From IMG/VR virus record IMGVR_UViG_3300044796_000141, positions 36,323 through 100,322 of that record: a stretch of DNA of 64,000 nucleotides; one strand, given 5' to 3'. The notes under the pieces are model-generated. The model worked only from the letters and a program-made list of their open reading frames with translations. It was not told the DNA's origin and did no database searches. Below, piece after piece: positions 25,908 through 34,947 of this stretch. Position 1 is the stretch's first letter. Every line of letters starts with the position of its first letter. A program made the translations under genes and the position numbers. Source of the DNA: a virus.

Positions 25908-26116
25908 TTAAGCTGTTTTTTATAAAGGTTGCATTCTGGCAACCACGCCCATATATTGGATTTGCTAAAGACGGGCCAGTATCATGGTGGTTTTACAGCT
26001 ACTTTCCTAATTGCGAAACAAACCAATCAGACGAAACTTCACTAGTAGAACAAAACAAATTAGGTAAACTTTGGTTTGAATTCTGGTGGAAACTCGCAAC
26101 CATTATAAGGACTTAA
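25904..26116 (+). CDS. hypothetical protein (TTG start)
   Basis: Track ORF. Confidence 0.4.
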   Translation: MIKLFFIKVAFWQPRPYIGFAKDGPVSWWFYSYFPNCETNQSDETSLVEQNKLGKLWFEFWWKLATIIRT

Positions 26117-26117
26117 T

Positions 26118-26309
26118 ATGGAAGAAAAAGAACAAGTCTTTGATGCAATTTATAGAGGTATCAATGCATTTCCTCATTTGCGCGCCGGACAAATTATTGA
26201 CAATGCCTGCTACCTTGCTGGTAAACGCCCTGGTACAATCTCAAACAAAGACTTGACACTCGCCTTGATTGATTATATTAAAACCTACAAACCGAAAGAA
26301 AAGAAATGA
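26118..26309 (+). CDS. hypothetical protein
   Basis: Track ORF. Confidence 0.6.
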   Translation: MEEKEQVFDAIYRGINAFPHLRAGQIIDNACYLAGKRPGTISNKDLTLALIDYIKTYKPKEKK

Positions 26310-26533
26310 TTAACGCACGGAAATACCTGTTTCAGGCTGCTGAGAAACTTGAGAATAAGCCCAAAAGCGGCGTAAATATCGACATTGATACTGCCACCTT
26401 TGCCGTCGAAAAGGCGCGGGAAGAGGCTTTAGAACTAGCTACGCGAGCAGTTTATAAGCTTGCAACTTGCCCAATTACATTCAGCTACGAAGAAATGTTA
26501 AGCGTTGCTCGCGAAGCCGCTGGCCTTAAATAA
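26306..26533 (+). CDS. hypothetical protein
   Basis: Track ORF; ATGA coupling. Confidence 0.6.
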   Translation: MINARKYLFQAAEKLENKPKSGVNIDIDTATFAVEKAREEALELATRAVYKLATCPITFSYEEMLSVAREAAGLK

Positions 26534-26542
26534 GGAAATAGT

Positions 26543-26776
26543 ATGACTGAATATTATATTCGATATCTTGTAAAGGGACAAAAGTTTATTACTCAGCATT
26601 TTACTGGTATCAACGCATACGAACATGCCGTAACCAGTGCGCAAAAGATTGCTGAAGACAACAAAGGAACTTCAGTTTATTTTGGTAGTAAAGATTGTCA
26701 TTCATTGGATGAAAAGCGGTTCTGCTGGGATAATGGTTATTGGAAGCGCGTAGTTGAATATTGCTGTAATGATTAA
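26543..26776 (+). CDS. hypothetical protein
   Basis: Track ORF. Confidence 0.6.
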   Translation: MTEYYIRYLVKGQKFITQHFTGINAYEHAVTSAQKIAEDNKGTSVYFGSKDCHSLDEKRFCWDNGYWKRVVEYCCND

Positions 26777-26836
26777 AAGGAATTAATATGCTTAGATTTT
26801 TAGTTTCTTGGAAGTTTTTAGTTTTGTATATGGCTT

Positions 26837-27073
26837 TTGGCTTGTCTGTTGTGGTCTACAAGGCGCACCAAAGAGCGCCAGGAAGCACACCAGCGAAGCG
26901 TCATGGTAGAGCCTGCTAGCCAGCCTTCACCTGGTTATTTGTTTGACATTTCTCTCGGTACCGTTTATTGTGGCAACTACGCAGAAACTAGTTGCGGTAT
27001 TAAATTGTGGAATTGTGGTAGTGAAGCAGTTTATTATTGCCAACTAAATGTTCGCAAAAGAGATAGAGATTAA
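26837..27073 (+). CDS. hypothetical Cys-rich protein, start uncertain
   Basis: Track ORF (TTG start). Overlaps a 43-aa TM ORF at 26788..26919 in another frame; ATG 26903 is an alternative start. Confidence 0.35.
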   Translation: MACLLWSTRRTKERQEAHQRSVMVEPASQPSPGYLFDISLGTVYCGNYAETSCGIKLWNCGSEAVYYCQLNVRKRDRD

Positions 27074-27075
27074 AA

Positions 27076-27267
27076 ATGCAACCATGCACTGGCGGGAAAT
27101 ATACAGTTTACGCAATTGGTAGATTTCTTTTTTCATTTTATTTGTTTGATAAAACTCTTACAATATTGCCAGCAATTGAGTTGTGTTGGGATAAAAAGAA
27201 TTTTAATCAATATTTAGATATTTCTTTTTTAAATTTCTCTTTTGTAATAGAGGTCGAAGATGAATGA
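27076..27267 (+). CDS. hypothetical protein
   Basis: Track ORF. Confidence 0.4.
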   Translation: MQPCTGGKYTVYAIGRFLFSFYLFDKTLTILPAIELCWDKKNFNQYLDISFLNFSFVIEVEDE

Positions 27268-27457
27268 AATTCTTCCAGATTGTATCAAGTGTAAACTTCC
27301 TATTACAAAGGAAGATGTTCAAATGTATGAAAAACTTAAACCTAATCCAATTAAGTATCCTAAATACATTCCACAAAAATATCCAAAAGTTTGTGCCGTC
27401 TGCGTTTATTACGCAATTATGCACGATATTAAAGAAGATGTTGAGCATGAGCAATGA
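27260..27457 (+). CDS. small zinc-ribbon protein
   Basis: CIKC...CAVC. Confidence 0.55.
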   Translation: MNEILPDCIKCKLPITKEDVQMYEKLKPNPIKYPKYIPQKYPKVCAVCVYYAIMHDIKEDVEHEQ

Positions 27458-27627
27458 AAGTACATATTTTATATTTTGAATTACCGCGCAGTGATTATGC
27501 TTGCATTATGAGTGTTCATGCTACAAAAGAGTTAGCAGAAAAAGAATTAAATAAACGCGTTGCTGCCAATCCAAATTATGAAAAAGCTGAATGGTTTACT
27601 ATAACAGAATGGGAAGTTGAGCAATGA
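27454..27627 (+). CDS. hypothetical small protein (57 aa)
   Basis: ATGA coupling at both ends. Confidence 0.5.
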   Translation: MKVHILYFELPRSDYACIMSVHATKELAEKELNKRVAANPNYEKAEWFTITEWEVEQ

Positions 27628-27953
27628 AATATCTATTCTTACTATCGCTAATGGCTTGCGCTCCATTGGATGGTATTGATGAAGTGATTGACCTGCGAAA
27701 TAGAGCTTTTCGCGAAGGTACAGCGCTGCGTCTAAAAGATGGTAGACTCATTGCCGTTCAAGTTATTACTATGCCAGTAGGCCAAGATGGTAAGTGTGGA
27801 GAATGGAAGGCACCTGATAAAATCATTTTATTTAATGATTCTACTCGTTGCAGCAGATTAGAATTAATGCTTCAACATGAGTTAGGACATGCGTATGGAT
27901 TGCCTCATACGTTAACTGGCATTATGGCGCCGGTACCAAACGAGGAACCTTAA
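27624..27953 (+). CDS. lipoprotein, minimal metzincin-like metalloprotease
   Basis: Lipobox LSLMAC; HELGHAYGLPH. Confidence 0.7.
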   Translation: MKYLFLLSLMACAPLDGIDEVIDLRNRAFREGTALRLKDGRLIAVQVITMPVGQDGKCGEWKAPDKIILFNDSTRCSRLELMLQHELGHAYGLPHTLTGIMAPVPNEEP

Positions 27954-27958
27954 ATATC

Positions 27959-28288
27959 TTGATGAGTGAATTTGACAAGCTATTTATTTACTATTCTGCT
28001 CTAGTTTTTGAAGCTTTTATAGCTTGGCATTTAGTATATGTAATTTTGAAATGGAAAAATTTTATGCAACCTTTAATTAAAGCTCTTAATTTTGTATTTG
28101 GTAATCCTTACGTTTATTATTTCTATGCAGCTCTCTCTGCAATCAATATCTATTTTGCACTAGAGGTTATGTCAGTCAATAGAGACTTGGGTACCAAGTG
28201 GGGTATTATTAATACTTTGTGCTTTGTTTGGTTCATTTATCGTGCGCGCCAAATCAAAGCACAAAGAGAATTAAAGAAGGGTCGCTAA
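27959..28288 (+). CDS. membrane protein
   Basis: Track ORF; three hydrophobic helices. Confidence 0.55.
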   Translation: MMSEFDKLFIYYSALVFEAFIAWHLVYVILKWKNFMQPLIKALNFVFGNPYVYYFYAALSAINIYFALEVMSVNRDLGTKWGIINTLCFVWFIYRARQIKAQRELKKGR

Positions 28289-28289
28289 T

Positions 28290-28607
28290 ATGATTGTTTA
28301 TTTAGTTTCTTCTGGCAGCTATTCAGATTGGTCTATTGATTCTCTTTGGTCTACCAAAGAAAAAGCAGAAGAGCGAATTAAGATTGTAAAAGCCAATTCT
28401 TATTGGCGCGCTTTAGAAGGTACAAAAAAATATATTAATGAATTTGCTGGTGGTACTACGCCGGCTTATTACCAAGCCAAGCTAGAACGACTTGAAAAGA
28501 TGAACCCGATTGACTATGACGGCGGCGAAATCAATGAAGAGATTGATGAATTTGAATTAGATAATGAAGAAGATTTAAAGATTCTTCAGCCTCTTACAAA
28601 AGGATAA
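28290..28607 (+). CDS. hypothetical protein
   Basis: Track ORF. Confidence 0.6.
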   Translation: MIVYLVSSGSYSDWSIDSLWSTKEKAEERIKIVKANSYWRALEGTKKYINEFAGGTTPAYYQAKLERLEKMNPIDYDGGEINEEIDEFELDNEEDLKILQPLTKG

Positions 28608-28610
28608 TTT

Positions 28611-29552
28611 ATGTCATTGAAGTCTTATAATATTTTAATGTTTTCCCGTTTTTATGATGGCGGCATAGACGCTTGCTGGTCTGTCAATGAAGAAACGTGT
28701 GACTTTCTTTATAAAGCGCCCAATGAAATGGAAGCTATTCGAGAATACATTAGAGTATTGCGTGAAGAGTCTGGCGTGACTATGATGTCAGGCGATAATT
28801 GCTTCGATGACGCCAAATGGAATACCAGTACTAAAGTTTATGAAGATTATATCAATATGGAAGACCCCGACATTGTAATGGAGGTGTTTTTTCCAGTTGA
28901 AAGCGGAATTATTAAAGATTTTGATGATAGTACTGCTAAAGGTACTTCTATTGAAGCTTCACTTAAAAAACTTAAACTAATTTATGGCAAGTGGGATGGC
29001 AATGCTACCACTAGACCATTTTTAGGTCCACAGAAAAAGTACAAAGGTTATCCAATTTACGAAACTGGTATTCCTAGTCAATACAGTACTAAATACTTTA
29101 AAAATAAGACTATTGGCTACGTTCCACCTGAAACAAAAATCCCGCCTATTGCACCAGGCGCTGGATATGAACACCCGTTCTTTAAAGATGAATTCAATGA
29201 TTATAGAGTTGCTGTTAATACTTGGTTTCTTACTTTAAAGACTAAAGATAAGCTTTATCCAGGAATAAACGTCGATACAAAAGAAGAAGATTATTGTTAC
29301 CTCTATAAAGATATAAAAATGGCTAAACAATATCCCTTTTCTATTCCTGACTATATCTTTTCGCGCGACCTAGAAGAAGAAATTCTTAAGAAAGAAATTT
29401 CTTTTGAAGGTATTGACCCTGCTGTCAAACGCTTAATGAATAGCGTTATGCCAATGCATGGCCAAGACTGCTGTCCTAAGTGTGGCAATGTAGGTAAGTG
29501 GGTGCGCGCTTCTATTGTTTGTGAAACGCACGGAAGATTTGGTGGATTGTAG
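28611..29552 (+). CDS. hypothetical protein with C-terminal zinc ribbon
   Basis: 313-aa ORF; CCPKCGN...CETHG. Confidence 0.65.
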   Translation: MSLKSYNILMFSRFYDGGIDACWSVNEETCDFLYKAPNEMEAIREYIRVLREESGVTMMSGDNCFDDAKWNTSTKVYEDYINMEDPDIVMEVFFPVESGIIKDFDDSTAKGTSIEASLKKLKLIYGKWDGNATTRPFLGPQKKYKGYPIYETGIPSQYSTKYFKNKTIGYVPPETKIPPIAPGAGYEHPFFKDEFNDYRVAVNTWFLTLKTKDKLYPGINVDTKEEDYCYLYKDIKMAKQYPFSIPDYIFSRDLEEEILKKEISFEGIDPAVKRLMNSVMPMHGQDCCPKCGNVGKWVRASIVCETHGRFGGL

Positions 29553-29554
29553 TC

Positions 29555-29584
29555 TTGACAAAAAACGCAAAGCTATGCTAGAGT
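29555..29584 (+). promoter_or_regulatory. sigma70-like promoter with extended -10
   Basis: TTGACA 29555-60, 18-nt spacer, TGc-TAGAGT 29576-84. Followed by about 190 nt of ORF-free, GC-richer leader with a GGCTCC...GGAGCC stem before ATG 29778. Confidence 0.55.
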
Positions 29585-29777
29585 TGTGAAGCTTGGCAAG
29601 CGGTTGTGGCCAGACCAAAGAGAATGTTAGGGCTGTAATGGCTCCTTCTAATTGGGTTTTCGACAACGGGAGAACTGCGTTGGAGCCAAACAGGAAATAC
29701 TTGACTGATAGGAAAGAGACTATCATTTAAATTATGTACTTAAACTAATCATTTCAAAATAAAAAGGACCATTCACA

Positions 29778-31637
29778 ATGAATATTTTTCAAAAACTTAA
29801 ATACCATTTTCTATCTAAAGATAATAAAATTCTTTACTATAATCATAATTTTTATACTGGAGAGTATAAGATTTATGAGCAGCAAATTAAAGCAGCAAAT
29901 GAAATTTATAATAAATTTACAAATGGAGAAAAGCATGTGTTGCTTATTTCTTCTCCACAGGCTGGCAAAACTATAACTGCCGACCATACCGCTCTTCTTA
30001 TGATGGAAAGAATTAAAAATAATAAATCATTTATTGAAAATCAAAAACAACTAAAGGTTTATTATGTGCTTACGTTAAGCAGTACTGAGCTAAAAACACA
30101 TTTAGAAAAAAATGTAAATAAAGCTTTTGAATTTTATTCTGAATTAGGAATGAAATTTCCCTTTATTAAAATTCTTCATTCTGATGACCTAAAAACAAAA
30201 ACAAAAAAGTACAAAGAATTAAACGAACAAATTAAAGAAGATGTCGATAACGGATTTGTTGTTATGGTAATCAATGACGAGTGTCACGCCGGACAAGGAA
30301 AAGGAGGAATTTACAATAAAAATTTACTAAAGCGTTTCAACGTAGATTTGCGTAAACCAAGGGAAAATTGGCCACAAAATTTGTTTTTGTTGTCTATTTC
30401 TGCGACGCCATTTGCAGCGGCTCTTGCCGCTCAATCTTATCCACCTATTTTTGATTTTGTAGTTTTGAAAACTTCAAAAGAATACTTTTCAGTAGAAAAA
30501 ATTCTCGCATCAGGAAGATTTCACCCAACAGAAGACAAAAAGCTTTTAGATGTTTATAAAGATAAAAATGGAAATGAACGCAAAAATCTAGAAGATGTTT
30601 TAGATACTACTTTTCAGTATTATGAATCAGTTAATAGAAAAACTGGCGTTGCTATACTTAGAATGGGAAGTAGTAAAAACAAAAAAGAAATAAAAGAAAT
30701 TATTTTTCGCGAATGCAATAAAAAAGGCATTAATCCAATTATTAATTCGTATGGTGACCACGACGGCGCGGACGGAAGTATTCAAGAAGCAAAAAAATTA
30801 CTAGAAAGTAGTTCAGAATTTTTAGAGGCAGGTTATGGAAAAAACACAGTTATATTTGCATTAATTTTTAATGCTTTTGCGGCAGGAAGTGATATTTCAT
30901 TTACAGGAAAAAATAAAGAGTTCGGAAGAGCAAACTGCCTATTGTGGTATGAGCCCGCCATGAGCGATTTAGAAAAAGTAGATTCTTATATTCAAAGAAT
31001 TATGAGAAATGGAGGATATGGACGTGAAAATTTAATGTATCCTATTTTTGGTTCGCGCAGACTTATGGAAAAAGTAAAGGATTTTTACACTAATCCAGAA
31101 AAATATCTAAAATATAATCCATTAAATGGGATTATTGAAGTTCCAAAAGGAAATGGAATTATTAATGAAGGTGGTAAAAAAATAAAATATAAATCATTTG
31201 CATTTTATTCACTAGACGAAATTAAAGAATTTCTTAAAGAAGAAGGTATTGAAACTATATCTGGCGTAAACAAGATTCCAACAAATCATAGTTACGATGC
31301 GTCTAAAGATATCGTAAATGACAAAAACAGACAGGGAACAAGTCCAAAAGATAGAGAATTAAAAAGAAGTAGAATTTGGGACATTTCGGAAAAAACTGGA
31401 AAATATGTAGAGTGTGGAAAAGTTCTTAAGCATAAAGACGGAACAGAAATGACTAAGGAAGAACAAATAAAAGAAATCGCCGCGCGCACGCAAAGCTGGG
31501 AAATGTTAAGAGCAAAATATGGTTCAAAAAATTACCTTGTTTTTATTGAAGACGGCTTTGAAAATTTTGAACAAACTTTCGATGAAAAGCACATTCTTTC
31601 ACCAAATACTAAAGAAATTTCTTTACAACTACAATGA
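29778..31637 (+). CDS. SF2 DExH-box ATPase/helicase (restriction-subunit-like N-terminus)
   Basis: Walker A SSPQAGKT; motif II VINDECHAG; 619 aa; very AT-rich. Confidence 0.8.
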   Translation: MNIFQKLKYHFLSKDNKILYYNHNFYTGEYKIYEQQIKAANEIYNKFTNGEKHVLLISSPQAGKTITADHTALLMMERIKNNKSFIENQKQLKVYYVLTLSSTELKTHLEKNVNKAFEFYSELGMKFPFIKILHSDDLKTKTKKYKELNEQIKEDVDNGFVVMVINDECHAGQGKGGIYNKNLLKRFNVDLRKPRENWPQNLFLLSISATPFAAALAAQSYPPIFDFVVLKTSKEYFSVEKILASGRFHPTEDKKLLDVYKDKNGNERKNLEDVLDTTFQYYESVNRKTGVAILRMGSSKNKKEIKEIIFRECNKKGINPIINSYGDHDGADGSIQEAKKLLESSSEFLEAGYGKNTVIFALIFNAFAAGSDISFTGKNKEFGRANCLLWYEPAMSDLEKVDSYIQRIMRNGGYGRENLMYPIFGSRRLMEKVKDFYTNPEKYLKYNPLNGIIEVPKGNGIINEGGKKIKYKSFAFYSLDEIKEFLKEEGIETISGVNKIPTNHSYDASKDIVNDKNRQGTSPKDRELKRSRIWDISEKTGKYVECGKVLKHKDGTEMTKEEQIKEIAARTQSWEMLRAKYGSKNYLVFIEDGFENFEQTFDEKHILSPNTKEISLQLQ

Positions 31638-31656
31638 TGCAAAGGTATCATGACCT

Positions 31657-32452
31657 ATGATTTTTAGATATCCAGGCAGCAAGAAAAAACTAATGAAATT
31701 TATCATGCCACACATAGATAAGATGATTATTGGACATGATAACTTCTATGATGTTTTTGTTGGAGGTCGGCTCTGTAGCTATAGCGGTAGCTAAAAAATA
31801 TCCAGATGTTAATATATATATGAACGATTTAAATGAAAATATATTTTGTTTTTGGAAGATTATATCAGAAAATAAACCAGAAGAAATATTTCAATTAAAA
31901 AGTTTAATTGAAAAAATTCCTACAATTGAATTATTTATATATAACAAAAATACAAAACCAATTACAAATATAGAAAAAGCATATTATGCGATATTTTTTA
32001 ATCGTTGTACGTTTTCTGGAATCGAAACTGCTGGACCTATTGGTGGATTAAAACAAGAAAGCAAATGGAAAGTAAATTGTAGATATAATCTAAAAAAGAT
32101 TCACAAATCAATAGATGATTTAGTAAAGTTATTTTCAGGAAGATTGACTTGTACCAATTATGATTTTAGTTTGTTTTTAGAAAAGTATAACAATGGAATG
32201 TTTTATTTAGACCCTCCCTATTATAAACAAGGAAAGAATTTATATTCTTGCTTTATGAAACCAGAAGAACATTTATTATTAAAAAATAAATTATCTTCAA
32301 TAAATAATTGGTTGTTGTCTTATGATAATTGTGAAGAAGTTCGTTTTATGTATCCCGACCAAAATATAGAATATATAGATGCAAAATATTGTATTGACGG
32401 GATAAAAGAAAATTGGAAAATGTGTAAAGAAATTTTAGTTAAAAATAATTAA
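31657..32452 (+). CDS. Dam-like (D12 class) N6-adenine DNA methyltransferase; needs +1 shift at CGG 31768-31770
   Basis: MIFRYPGSKKKL...NFYDVFVGG|GSVAIAVAKKYPDV... (motif I FxGxG restored) and LDPPYY (motif IV). The track shows only 31730..32452. Confidence 0.8.
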
Positions 32453-32461
32453 GGAGATAAT

Positions 32462-32695
32462 ATGAAAAATGCATTAGCTTCTATTAGTGTTCTTGGTTTG
32501 ATTGTTTTTATTGCTCTGTGCTTTGGACCTTTGGCTTTGTCTATATATGGCATTGTATTAGCTTTTAAGGCAAGCGCAGTCGTTGGATTGCTAGCTCTTC
32601 TTGTTGAGCCCTCGCCACTTATCATTGGGTTTGCTGCGTTCTTTTGTCATGTTGACTTGGCTCAGCGTATGGCCCAAGCGTTGGGGTTGCAATGA
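32462..32695 (+). CDS. small membrane protein
   Basis: Track ORF; two TM helices. Confidence 0.6.
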   Translation: MKNALASISVLGLIVFIALCFGPLALSIYGIVLAFKASAVVGLLALLVEPSPLIIGFAAFFCHVDLAQRMAQALGLQ

Positions 32696-32925
32696 AATAT
32701 TTATTTTGTTTGATGCTTATTGGCTGTACTGATGCTGAATTTGCTAACCTTACTACGCTTGGCGATTCTGGACATGTTAAATGTTATTCAGGTGGTGAAG
32801 TAATTTATGAAGGCGATTCAACTGGTAAGATTGCCACCACTTCGCAAAGCGACGGTTGGGAATTTAAAGAGGCTGCTACCGGCAAGTTTGTCCGCGTGAG
32901 CGGAACTTGTGTTATTAAGAACTAA
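32692..32925 (+). CDS. lipoprotein
   Basis: Lipobox LMLIGC. Confidence 0.6.
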   Translation: MKYLFCLMLIGCTDAEFANLTTLGDSGHVKCYSGGEVIYEGDSTGKIATTSQSDGWEFKEAATGKFVRVSGTCVIKN

Positions 32926-32926
32926 T

Positions 32927-33091
32927 ATGAAATATCTATTATTAACTTTGATGACTAGCTGTTATGCTTTTCCACAATCCACTTGTTTAAATCAATGCGT
33001 ATATGAACAAGTCCAATCCTTCAAAAATTCTGTAGAAAAAGCTAATGAGGTTTGTTTAAGAGTTTGCTTACCTCCAGAAGTTAAAAAGTAG
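32927..33091 (+). CDS. small lipoprotein
   Basis: Track frame 32909..33091; ATG 32927; LTLMTSC. Confidence 0.5.
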   Translation: MKYLLLTLMTSCYAFPQSTCLNQCVYEQVQSFKNSVEKANEVCLRVCLPPEVKK

Positions 33092-33227
33092 TTCGTCCAG
33101 CGCCACTATGACAGATTGAAATGTGAGCTGTATTCGGCCGCGAATTTAGATTGCTCGCGGGAACAAGCTGCAATCTCCGGTTGGTTGACCTCTATAACCG
33201 AGTACAGAAACAATTGAGGTTTTTATT

Positions 33228-33431
33228 ATGAAAGAAAAATTTTTAAGCCTCGTTAAAGAAATTGTCGATGCACATAAAGTTTCAGTCATCACCAAAGAGT
33301 TCGGCATCAGTAAGCCGACAGTTTTTCGCTGGTTGCGAGGTGTATCAGAACCACACCCTGCAATGCTTCCGCATATGATTCTTGACTTAGAAAGAATTAA
33401 AAAAGAGCTTGACGCATCTAGCGTAACTTGA
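33228..33431 (+). CDS. helix-turn-helix DNA-binding protein
   Basis: ITKEFGISKPTVFRWLRG. Confidence 0.6.
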   Translation: MKEKFLSLVKEIVDAHKVSVITKEFGISKPTVFRWLRGVSEPHPAMLPHMILDLERIKKELDASSVT

Positions 33432-33443
33432 TAGTGTATCTAT

Positions 33444-33518
33444 GGGCGCGTCGTTCAAGGGATAGGACTACAGTCTTCTAAACTGTTAATCCCCGTTCGA
33501 GTCGGGGCGTGCCTACCA
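33444..33518 (+). tRNA. tRNA-Arg (anticodon UCU)
   Basis: Acceptor GGGCGCG/CGTGCCT, D arm GTTC-AAGGGATA-GGAC, anticodon arm ACAGT-CTTCTAA-ACTGT, T arm CCCCG-TTCGAGT-CGGGG, A73, encoded CCA. Confidence 0.85.
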
Positions 33519-33525
33519 TACACTT

Positions 33526-33693
33526 ATGAAAAAGAAAATTCCATCCATTATCATTCCTCGGACAAAAGTTCGCAATCCAATAAGCGATAATGCCCACGCA
33601 CGCAAAGCAGGGCCAATGAAGAATAAGAACCAAAAGCGCAATATTAAACGCCTCCCTAAAGAAATATTTAAGGAAATCAAAAATGAACGCTGA
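33526..33693 (+). CDS. small basic protein (55 aa)
   Basis: MKKKIPSIIIPRTKVRNPISDNAHARKAGPMKNKNQKR...; contains an in-frame CGG at 33559 read as Arg. Confidence 0.45.
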   Translation: MKKKIPSIIIPRTKVRNPISDNAHARKAGPMKNKNQKRNIKRLPKEIFKEIKNER

Positions 33694-34099
33694 AGAACTT
33701 GAAGAATTGCTAAAGCCGCCAAGCTTTACTATTGCAGAAATTTGGGATTCTGGCAAAGATTGTGAAGCTTATTGCGCAGGTTGTCAAATTCAAAGATTAG
33801 TTTTAAATAATTCTGATGGATTTAGATGTCGTGGTTGCGAACGAAGATTTCAACCTGAACAAAAAGCGGGTAAAATTATTGAAAATAGAATGCACGAAGC
33901 AATAGAAGATAAATTTTCTATTAAAGATTATGTGACTAAATTTACAACCCTTAGAGGTGTTACTGTTCATTGTGCTCGCTGTCAAGGAGCATGTGGTTTG
34001 GATAGAAACGGAAATAGATTTTACTGTGCGGGTTGTGGATGGATGCAATCAGAGAATAAAATTATTTATTTTGCTGATAAACTAACAAAGAAAGGCTAG
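33683..34099 (+). CDS. MN[IL]E[EQ]LE-family protein with multiple zinc ribbons
   Basis: MNAEELEELLKPP...; CAGC, CRGC, CARC, CAGC. Confidence 0.65.
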   Translation: MNAEELEELLKPPSFTIAEIWDSGKDCEAYCAGCQIQRLVLNNSDGFRCRGCERRFQPEQKAGKIIENRMHEAIEDKFSIKDYVTKFTTLRGVTVHCARCQGACGLDRNGNRFYCAGCGWMQSENKIIYFADKLTKKG

Positions 34100-34103
34100 A
34101 ATT

Positions 34104-34439
34104 ATGCTGAAGGATGAAGAAGTGATTACTAAACCGATGGTTCGTTATGGCTATAATGAATGGGCTCAACGCAAGAATGTTCTGTTTACATTCCGCGCCG
34201 ATGACCTAATCTTCTACGGTATTTCGCAGTGTAAATTGCGCACTGACAAGTTCGATAAAGAGCTTGGTCGCCATATTGCCAAAGAACGCGCTAAGAAGGC
34301 TTATCAAGACTTTATCAATTGGAAGTCTGAGTCGGTCACTCCGTACAGCAACTATGGTCACATTGAGCAAGCCGATATCAAGAAGCTTTTAAACTATTTC
34401 GATAATGTTGCGCCCGAAGATTTTCCACGAAAGAAATAA
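34104..34439 (+). CDS. hypothetical protein
   Basis: Track ORF. Confidence 0.6.
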   Translation: MLKDEEVITKPMVRYGYNEWAQRKNVLFTFRADDLIFYGISQCKLRTDKFDKELGRHIAKERAKKAYQDFINWKSESVTPYSNYGHIEQADIKKLLNYFDNVAPEDFPRKK

Positions 34440-34440
34440 T

Positions 34441-34839
34441 ATGAAGAATAAAAATAAGATTGAATTGCTTAATAAAGCAATTGATTTGGCGCAAGGTCCA
34501 GGCAAGTGTCAGTATGTTATTGATGATAAGCCAGGGTGCGTCATTGGGCAACTCTGCGCTTTGCAGGGTGTCGAAATTGCTCAAATGAGTACTTGGGCTA
34601 GATGGATGTTTGTAAGTCCTCCATCAACAAGAGATATTAATCAAAAATTCATTCCATATGATATGTCAGGCGGCGTAAAAGAAATTTTTAATAAGCAATT
34701 CGAACGCGACTTGCTGCAAGAACTACAAACTATGTGGGATAGAACTAGAACCTTTACTAAAGATGTGCCGCATCTTAAAGCAGAAATGAAGCAAATGGTT
34801 CTTGAAATGTATGAAATGCAGGCATCTGATAGTATTTGA
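34441..34839 (+). CDS. hypothetical protein
   Basis: Track frame 34405..34839; ATG 34441. Confidence 0.6.
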   Translation: MKNKNKIELLNKAIDLAQGPGKCQYVIDDKPGCVIGQLCALQGVEIAQMSTWARWMFVSPPSTRDINQKFIPYDMSGGVKEIFNKQFERDLLQELQTMWDRTRTFTKDVPHLKAEMKQMVLEMYEMQASDSI

Positions 34840-34864
34840 CAAGCGCTGGCAGCGGTGCTAGCTT
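34836..34864 (+). promoter_or_regulatory. promoter for tRNA-Ile
   Basis: TTGACA 34836-41, 17-nt spacer, TGc-TAGCTT 34856-64. Confidence 0.5.
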
Positions 34865-34872
34865 GTGGTAAT

Positions 34873-34947
34873 GCACATATAACTCATCGGTAGAGTGCAG
34901 TCCTTATAAGACTGGAGCAGTTGGTTCGACTCCAACTATGTGCACCA
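34873..34947 (+). tRNA. tRNA-Ile (anticodon UAU)
   Basis: Acceptor GCACATA/TATGTGC, D arm ACTC-ATCGGTA-GAGT, anticodon arm CAGTC-CTTATAA-GACTG, T arm GTTGG-TTCGACT-CCAAC, A73, encoded CCA. Confidence 0.85.

Noticed and set aside
29433-29726. Minus-strand 97-aa ORF
   Set aside because: It spans the 3' end of a plus-strand gene, a promoter and the untranslated leader. It has no support.
33444-34947. tRNA genes as prophage attachment sites or an integration module
   Set aside because: I found no integrase, excisionase or direct repeats of tRNA 3' ends. The tRNAs have their own promoters and look like phage cargo.
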